NCBI GenBank assembly: GCA_965285935.1
Contig: OZ260666.1
Span: 43,028,001-43,092,000, forward strand
Length of the DNA: 64,000 bases
Origin: Ophelia neglecta
Taxonomy: Eukaryota
Direction: 5' to 3'
Made by a program: the position numbers and the translations under genes. The notes under the pieces are model-generated. The model did no database searches. It was not told where the DNA came from and saw nothing but the letters and a program-made list of their open reading frames with translations. Below, piece after piece: positions 53,511 through 62,900 of the stretch; position 1 is the first letter of the stretch; the number at the start of each line of letters is the position of its first letter.

Positions 53511-55090
53511 GGGTACCGAACATTATAATATATAATACCAGGTAGGGTACCAAACATTATCATATGTGAGACTACAGGGTACCAAACATTATCATATGTC
53601 AGACTGGAGGGTACCAAACATTATCATATGTGAGACAACAGGGTACCAAACATTATCATATGTGAGACTACAAGGTACCAAACAGTATCATATGTGAGGC
53701 AACAGGGTACCAAACATTATCATATGTCAGACTAGAGGGTACCAAACATTATCATATGTGGGACAACAGGGTACCAAACATTATCATATGTCAGACTAGA
53801 GGGTACCAAACATTATCATATGTCAGACTAGAGGGTACCAAACATTATCATATGTCAGACTAGAGGGTACCAAACATTATCATATGTGAGACAACAGGGT
53901 ACCAAACATTATCATATGTGAGACTACAAGGTACCAAACATTATCATATGTGGGACAACAGGGTACCAAACATTATCATATGTGAGACAACAGGGTACCA
54001 AACATTATCATATGTCAGACTAGAGGGTACCAAACATTATCATATGTCAGACTAGAGGGTACCAAACAGTATCATATGTGAGACAACAGGGTACCAAACA
54101 TTATCATATGTCAGACTAGAGGGTACCAAACATTATCATATGTCAGACTAGAGGGTACCAAACATTATCATATGTGAGACTACAAGGTACCAAACATTAT
54201 CATATGTCAGACTAGAGGGTACCAAACATTATCATATGTCAGACTAGAGGGTACCAAACATTATCATATGTGAGACAACTGGGTACCAAACATTATCATA
54301 TGTGAGACTACAAGGTACCAAACATTATCATATGTGAGACAACAGGGTACCAAACATTATCATATGTCAGACTAGAGGGTACCAAACATTATCATATGTG
54401 GGACAACAGGGTACCAAACATTATCATATGTGAGACAACAGGGTACCAAACATTATCATATGTCAGACTAGAGGGTACCAAACATTATCATATGTCAGAC
54501 TAGAGGGTACCAAACATTATCATATGTCAGACTAGAGGGTACCAAACATTATCATATGTGAGACAACAGGGTACCAAACATTATCATATGTGAGACTACA
54601 AGGTACCAAGCAGTATCATATGTCAGACTAGAGGGTACTAAACATTATCATATGTCAGACTAGAGGGTACCAAACATTATCATATGTGAGACAACAGGGT
54701 ACCAAACATTATTATATGTCAGACTACAGGGTACCAAACATTATATCTCATACTACAAAGGGTACCAAACTTCCTATCTCATAGCATCCAGTGTACCAAC
54801 CCAGGGTACCAAACCTAAACTTATCATATCTCATAGCATACAATATATCAATCATAACTATGTCCTAGCACACAATGTACCAAACTTACCATATCTCATA
54901 GCATACAAGGTGACAAACATAAGTTTATGCCATGGCAGACAAGGTACCAAACATTCCCTTATATCTTAGCACACAGGTACTAAACAGCATACGTACATTG
55001 CATACAACATAGCACACCATACTATATTTCATAACACACAGGGTACCAATCATCACTAGCCCAGTATATCTCCTAACACAGTGTACCACA
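53511..55090. repeat. 32-bp minisatellite GGGTACCAAACATTATCATATGT+(CAGACTAGA/GAGACAACA/GAGACTACA), 37 homogeneous copies (53545-54728) plus degenerate flanks
   Basis: (54729-53545)/32 = 37 exactly; diverged copies at 53511 and 54729-55090. Confidence 0.98.
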
Positions 55091-56336
55091 TATTGCCAGT
55101 TTTAATCACTTCATTTTCTACTACCTCTCATGACAAACACTTGAGGTTGGATATATATCAATTCAGTATCAGTATGGATTTAACTAGTTATACAATTCCA
55201 CCTGGTTATCATTTAGTCATAAAAGTCTGGGCATAATGTCAGTTTTAATAAAAACCTTGAGAATTTTTTAGTTGAAGATTAACAATTCTTTATGCAAACT
55301 TTTTAGTTACAATTTTAGAGAGGTACCTTTGAAATGATATTTTGCAATTCTAAAATGATTAATGTTAAGTTAGTAAATGTCTAAGAAATACTCGAAAATC
55401 GTTCCAGTTGCCATTGATATTTTAGGACCTTTCTGTAGTAAAATCAAGTCTTTTAAATTGTAATTCATACTCAGTGTTTTACTATCGTGTTAATTTAAAA
55501 ACCACTGTACAGTGTATTTCAAGTCCAAGTCTTTCGTGGCAGGCTATTTTGTACTATTGGCTCATCATTATCTGAATGGAAGCTTTGATGTGTGCGCCAG
55601 AGATGTGAACTCAGCCACAATAGTGATTGAATGCTTTGAGCAAAGAGAGCCAGGGGAAGAAGGACTGGCTGATTTTATTTCACACGTAAGCCTAAATGCC
55701 TAAACTAGCTGTAAGCCCCAGGGCATAATACTGGGAAGAACATCAATAGTAGTGCAATGATCCCAAAACTGCTCTAAAAAATCCTAGAGGTAAACCCCAC
55801 TGTACTCCTATCACAGACTGTGTAGTGAGTGTTATTTAATTTGTAAATCACTTTTAGATTAAGACAAGTTATGATTGTACGGGTAACATGCATCAGAACT
55901 TTAAAGTTTTCAGTTAAAATCCTTATGGTGAGATGTACCTGAATGTTGAAAAGACATTAAGTCTTGACCCATGTCCACCTTAAGAATGCATGCCTATACC
56001 TTGGTAATATTCTCAAATCCTAATGGCCAGTTAGCTTCTGGGCTTGTTATACATACCAGGAGTCAAGGATCTGTGTGAACTTCACATCCAATATTATTTT
56101 AGACTAACAGAAGGGGTCTTGTGAGTTCTTGGCTTTGGTGGTGTTAGCAGTGAGTATGTATTGACTGTGTCTATTCTTCACATGTGTAGCTACCTACGTA
56201 TGTGACCATTAAATAACAATTAATCATAGGCTTCATCAGCTGAACTCTATCTCTGTATACCTGTACATCAGTAAAGTACAATTAGGTCTTCATCTAAATG
56301 AACATGCTGACATCTATATCTGTATATCTCTCCCAG

Positions 56337-56371
56337 CCACCAGCCAGAAGCTGCTGTGACAAATGTAACCT
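56337..56371 (+). CDS. Candidate micro-exon (PPARSCCDKCN or HQPEAAVTNVT depending on frame)
   Basis: Pyrimidine-rich acceptor TATCTCTCCCAG| and donor CCT|GTATGT; frame undetermined. Confidence 0.3.
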
Positions 56372-57293
56372 GTATGTAGTTTGTACCTGCTACCTCCCCC
56401 CCCCCCAGCCTCCCTCATTGGTTAACAAGAGGTTGACTAATCTCTGAGTACCTGACTGTCAGAACTAGCTGAGCAGGGATATAACCCAGCCCTCCCCAAC
56501 CCCATACACTGCCCAATGGCAGCTGAAAGCAGCCAACACCCTCAATTATTCATGGCTATGACATAATTTATCAGAATGCTGATTAATGAAATTCAAAAGC
56601 TATCAGTACATATTCTAGCATCCAGTACTCTTTTACAATTTAATTAAGTTTTTTGTTGGGTTATACTAGATCTGATGATACATGATATTCTACAAGGTTT
56701 ATTATTTCCTGTAAATACAAGGAATGCAAACTATGTTAATTCTTACCATATTGACCTAGCATTCCTAGAAAAAGTTTTCTGTTGTTACTAGGTGGCAGCA
56801 CAAACAAAATATCAAACTAGACAAGTAGTGCATTCATATTTAGTGATTGGGTACAGGATTGATGTTGCTTTTCTGTAAGAACAATTCATGCATGTGAATG
56901 ATGGCTTCAAACCTTGATCAAAATCAGAAATTGAAAATAATTAGGTACATTCCCAATAAACCATTTGCATTTGGGTCTATTTAGCACGCTCCAAACAATT
57001 CTGCTTTTGTTTGTAGATCATTGCTTCTACTCAACATGGCAGGAGTTAGTCCAGCCACAAGTGTGCAGTATATTAAATGTACTGAGATGTGAGTGCATCC
57101 TTGTAGATAAAACTGCCAATGGGTTTAGAATAGCCCCATATCTCCAGAAGATAACCCAAGTCTAAACATCACCAGTTGAGCTGGCTATGTCTGAGCCAGG
57201 GCTAATTGAGCCTTAGTAGTTTTGAGATTACTCAGTTTTGTCTTGTCTCAGTTTTATGTATTTTTTCACATTTCTGTCCATTATTTGCTTCAG

Positions 57294-57332
57294 ACATGGA
57301 GGGAAAACTATCAAGAGAGTTCAGTATGAGAT
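57294..57332 (+). CDS. Candidate symmetric micro-exon (30 or 39 nt)
   Basis: Very long polypyrimidine tract TTTTTTCACATTTCTGTCCATTATTTGCTTCAG| followed by purine-rich sequence; possible donors after 57323 (GTATGA) and 57332 (GTCAGT), both giving lengths divisible by 3. Confidence 0.35.
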
Positions 57333-59581
57333 GTCAGTAGGAATTCACCTAACTTTCCTCCCTTTAGGGAAAATGTTTGGTTCAATGTTTTGAAGAAGAA
57401 AATGTAGTTTCGTATCACCTGTAAATATAATTTTGATAACTATTGAAGCCACCAGAATTTATCTCCAGATCCTTGCTATGGTTCTGATAAAGTACATAGC
57501 CTCACAGTTATACAGTTCTGATTTGTGCCTGCATCTGTCCATGATAACATATCTTTTGACTCCAAACTCCCTTTATCTTAAAACAAAAGTTAAAGAAAGT
57601 AAAAGTGATGATAAACGCCTGTTGTGTCATTTCTTCTCTGTGTTTCGTAGTTTTGTGATACTTTTTGGAGACGATTGAGAGATGATTTCTTAGTATGACT
57701 TCAAAAAGAGTCTAAATGTTATTAAAAACTAAATATCTTACATAAGAAAATAAGTTGGAAAAATTGTGTGGGAACGTTGTTTATATCAAGTGTATGATGA
57801 ATAGCCACCAACAATAATATATATGTTAATAAGCTCAATCTATCCTGCTAGGTTTTCTAAGGAGCAAAAATCAGACCAGAATGAATGCCATCTTTGTTTA
57901 CATCCCTGGAGTAATTTGTCTGAGCTGATCACTAAAGTGGAGATCAGTTTAAACTCTCACAATATTCAATTTGTTATAGTCAAAACTTTGATTTATATTC
58001 CAAAACTGCCACTGTTGTTTGTTATTGCATACTTATATTTTTTTGAGTAAGGTAGTTTTTGCCAATGATGAAAGCCCATATTTAGAATTTAATCTTACAG
58101 TCCTGGGTCTAGTCACTTGTAAATGCTGCAATTTAGTTATAATGGAAAACAGATTATACAGTGTGTGCAAATTAAGTCAGTAGTTTTCTATCTAATCACA
58201 GATCTGGCCCACATCTTGCTTCTTCTTACTCAGACCAATGGCCTAGTAGCTGGCTAGGTATAAAATATCTGGCATATTTCATGTAGAATGTATGACTGTA
58301 TAAGCAGTGATGTAGCTATATTTGTACTGCCTGATTGGTCACAGGTAATAGTACTTATGTATTGGCTGTTCCATGCCTACCTCAGTATTGCTGCTGTGTG
58401 TTGCTGTGCCTCCACAGACAGGAGCCAAGAGTTCCCAACTTCTGAGTTTCTGCCCACAGTATACACACACACACACATATATATAAATGTATATGTATCT
58501 TTCAGTAGCAGCTAACTTGGGCAGGCAAATATATATCAAGACTATCTCTCCTGACTCGAACCACCTGTGATATGGTACAGCCTGCTTGGGAGCTTGGCAG
58601 GTAAAAATCAGGCTGTGCTGATATCAGGCTGCAGGGCTGGCCACCAACTTTACTGTTTACTAGCTATGTCTGCAACTTAAAGTCAGTCCAAGAAAACAGG
58701 AAGAGAAAAAGCTGTAGGTATATGGGAATGTGTATTAAGTAAATCATCTCTGCTCAAACTGGAGCTACTTGCAAGTATCCCTGGATAAATTGTGCTTTCA
58801 AACATGAAGATGAAAGTGCAGTAAAATCCTTCCCATCAAATGAATAAAAAATATAAATGCATTTGTAGCAGCGCCCTATCGAAACTGCAAGAAGTTTAAC
58901 CAACTTTAAATTTCATGTTGTTTTTACTGTATGAGATTCAAGGGAATACATCAATGCTCAACTGAATGCAAACTGGAAATAAACTATAGCAGCATCTCAA
59001 GAGGTGGCTGATGTAGAGATGAGTGGGTTTGCCTGACTGCTGCTCAGGTCAGGCTTGTACTGTGGTATTTCTGAGTTTGGCAGACTCTGATGTGCAAAAA
59101 TAGCCTGCCAGTCAGTGCATGAGTAGTGATCTCAGGTGTGGGGTGTACAAGAGGGTTGGTTGAGCTTCTACACAAGTTACTGGCCCATCACAGGAACCAC
59201 ATCATGGGCCTCCCTGGGTAGCCTGGCGTCATCAGGCCGCTATGTGCCACACTGGGCTTGTCCATCACTGTCACTGAAGTACACCACCAGGTCTACTCTA
59301 CACCATGATTCTCCACAAGAAATAACTCACTGAAAAGTCCTTCAGTGAAATTCAGGGAACTGCAGATTTATATTGTTTTGACTTGTTTGCCTACATCTGT
59401 GTTCTGGTGGTAGTCTTACAAGTTTTACCCCTGGTGGGTACAGAGGAGGAGAGCCACAAAAACAGTTCAAAAAACTGTGATTATGTGCAGTTATGAGCTG
59501 TTCTGTTCTTTGAGCGGCTGGTCCTAAAATATCACTGGGAGTTTGGCGAGAATTGGGAGACCGGAGGAGCAGGTCCCACTA

Positions 59582-59614
59582 ATGTCACAGCCATCATCTC
59601 CTCCCAGGACACAG
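59582..59614 (+). CDS. Candidate mini first exon MSQPSSPPRTQ feeding the giant exon
   Basis: ATG plus 11 codons ending CAG|GTAAAC in phase 0, 307 nt upstream of the phase-0 acceptor of the giant exon; a few CpGs locally in a CpG-poor background. Confidence 0.35.
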
Positions 59615-59921
59615 GTAAACTGCAGCCCCTTTTGATGCCTAGGCAGTGTGCTGTTCTCTCAACAAGTTATTCACTACTCATTGAGGAGCTTTGAAGTAAA
59701 CTTCTTCATGGAAACCTAGGATTACACGCTAAGCATAAGCATTTTGTACCTAAATGCTCTAATATATTGCATATATTGGATATAGAAGTGAAGTGAGAAT
59801 ACCTGCACCCGTTATTGATACTTCTGAGAACACATTGCATAGCGCAGAGGTGTGTTGCTGTGATTACCCCAACCAGGACAAGTAACATATAAAGCCTATG
59901 GGCCTCTTTTCCATGTTGTAG

Positions 59922-62900
59922 CATGGTTTGATGGAAGCTCAGTTTCCTCGTGCACAGCAATCAAATCAGTACGTATGGGATGAGCGATCACATGGGTACA
60001 AAAGATTACAGTATGACTGGGTAATATTGCCTGAATCAAGCCCAAATCCCCACACCCATCACCAGTTACTGCTTGTTCCTTCACACCGCCCATGTTTTCG
60101 TCGGAACCGAGGCCTAGTGAATGCACCCTTTACCCGCTCACGTAGTTTGCCGCAGATTCCCAGGCTTCCACTTCAGTTCAAGAAGGGTCGTCTGCCGAAC
60201 ATCGGTACTGACCACAAGCCTCATGTTCACTTCTCTCTCAGTGAGGAATTCTGTGAAATTGAAAGGTGCAGTAACAGCAATGAACAAAAGGAAAAAGACA
60301 CGGTTATCACAAATGAACCAGTTAGTGAGGATGACAATAAATCGGAGTGGTTAAGGTACAATTTATCACCGGTGCAGGAGGAGTCGGAGGGAGGAAGCTC
60401 ACGGAGCAACTCCCGCTCTGACTCCCACAGTACAGTGTGTACAGACTCTAGGAGCAGCACACATTCTGACTCGCGGAGCACCACCAGTAATACACCACAA
60501 ACTGACTTGTGTAGCAGTCCCCCTGGAGGACAACTCAACCCCAAACCACCATTTAGGAGGACACCTACCCCAGATGTAGAGAAAAGTCTGAGTGACTCTG
60601 AACATAACTCGGACAAGTTCTCCTTTGCTAGCACTCCAACTCTTGACACGGAAATGCTAGGAGGCTCATCTAGCTCTACATTAACGCCTGAAATTAATGA
60701 CAAAGCAAAAGACGGTCGAGTTGTGCATAGTACAAGCCATAATAATATTGAAACTTATAAGCAAAGAGAAATTGAACAATTACGTAAATCTTCTAATGTG
60801 CGTAGTGCTGATAGGAGAGGAGCTGGGCATGTACGGCAGAAAAAGCACAAGCTGAAGGAATCTAAAAATAAAAATGAAGTACTTCAGGCAAAGACAATTG
60901 TGAAGGACAGTGCAGTGGAAAGAGGTAACATTCAAGCTACTCAGCAAGAAACTGAACAATTTAATCAGACCCAAGGCCAAGCTGAAAACAAAATAGAACA
61001 AAAATTAGCAACACAACTTCAACAACAGCATCTTCTTCTCCAGCATCAAGAGAAGCAGCAGTTGCTGCATAAGCAGCAGTTGGAAGAGCTAAGAGCTCAG
61101 CAACTTGTCCAGCAAAAACAAATTCTTGAACAACAGCAACTTATACAAGCAGAACAGGACCTATTTCTCAAACAGCAGACACAGCTGCGGTTAGCACAGG
61201 AGAAACGCCAGTTCCTTCTCCAACAACAAGAATTACAGCTCAAGCTTCAAAAAGAGAGGCAAAGTTGGCAGGAACAAGTTTTACAGCAGCAAGAGAAACA
61301 GAAACAACAAAATCTTCAGCAACAAGAAAATCAGAAGAAGGAGCAACAAGAAAATCAGAAGCAGCTAATTGCACAAAAACAAAGTACACAAATAAAGCTA
61401 CAGCAAGAAGAGCTGAAGGAACAAATTTTACAACAACAAGAAGCTCAAATAAGGCTACAACAAGAAAACCAGAAACAGCTATTTCTACAACAACAAAAAG
61501 CTGAAATAAAACTACAACAAGAAAATCAGAAAAGTCTAATTCTACAAAAACAGCAACAACAAATAAAGCAACAGCAAGATCAGCAAGAACAACAAATTCT
61601 ACAACAACAAGCTCAATTGAAGATACAGCAAGAAAATCAGAAACAGCTACTTCTGCAACAGCAGCAAGCTCAAATACCAGTACCAGAACAACCACAGGAC
61701 CAACCGATACCTCAACAGCCACAAGCCCAAATAAAGCTACAGCAAGAAAGGAAAAAACAAATTGTTCGACAGCAAGGAGATCAAATAAGATTCCATCAAC
61801 AAAAACCGAAACAAACTCTTCAACAAGAACAATTCAAGTTAGCTGAACAACAAGGAAAGCAAGGGCAACACAGTCAAGAACTGCATCAGGAAAAGCAACT
61901 TCAACCATTTGTTCGAGACGAACAAAGTTTGTTTCAAGTGCAGCAAGACAAACCCCGCATACATCAGCAGCAGGCACAGCTACTACAGCAACATTACAGT
62001 AGGATACAGCAGAAAAAGGGGGGATCTTCAGTAAGATACAAGCAACAGATAAATGATCACTACAATGTACAAAATAATGATTTGTTAAATCAAGGCAGTG
62101 ATTCAGCAGTAAGCCACAATAAGCAGATTTTCAAAAAGGCAACAAACATAGCAGAGAAGAAAAGGGCAAAACCAATTGGCATTGATAAAAATGTTCAAAC
62201 GAATGGTAGTTTGATGATGGCAAACTACCAGTCAGGTAAAGTCGGCAATGAGGTACAGATGTCTAATGCAACAGCTAGCACAGGCTCTAATCTGAAAGGC
62301 ATGACTACTGACCAGAGAGAGGTTGTTTCTCATATACATAGAGAACATCAACTTGGTCCATTAGCCGAGCCTGTCCCTGGCTTCCCCATAGGGCATAGTT
62401 CTCTAAGGCAGCCGCAGGGAGGAACTATTCCTGGGGCTCATGGGTATTTTGGACCTGTAGTTGTAGGGGGGCAAGTGCCCATTGGAAGTCTTCCTTCTAG
62501 AAGGAGACCTGCTTCTCTGGCTGTAGTCCCTGGCTCAGCCACACAGCAAACTACTGTAGATAGTGGGTATAAGAAAGAGATTACTGGAGTGTCAAATCTA
62601 ACAAGGGCTAGCTCCCCTTCAATGAATGCACCATCCACAGTAGTGTTACACAGGGAAGTTACCACCCATAGGGGACTAAAGCCACCCATCTCCAATCAAG
62701 ACTTCATACAGGTCTCTCCTCGTAGCAGTGTCTCCTCAACATGCCCATTAGATGAGATGGTGTACCCAGCTGGGAGCAATGGTATGTTAGTAAATGATGA
62801 TGTGCTACATTCATTGAAATTCCATGACAACCCTTTGTATGAAGGCATGGATCCACGCCTCTTCCAGAGGTACTCTGAGACCCAGCTAGTAAATCATGGA

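Noticed and set aside
53545-54760. CRISPR-like appearance (constant repeat plus variable segment)
   Set aside because: The variable part is only 9 nt and reuses a few related variants; there are no unique spacers or cas genes, and the context is a eukaryotic intron. It is a minisatellite.
34351-55090. Possible common origin of the two minisatellites (ACAGGTAACAATACA on the reverse strand versus ACAGGGTACCAAACA)
   Set aside because: Similarity is short and low-complexity; the rest of the units do not align.
7795-59240. CTGATGA/TCATCAG hammerhead-ribozyme core heptamers at several positions
   Set aside because: None has a suitably placed GAAA and stem II.
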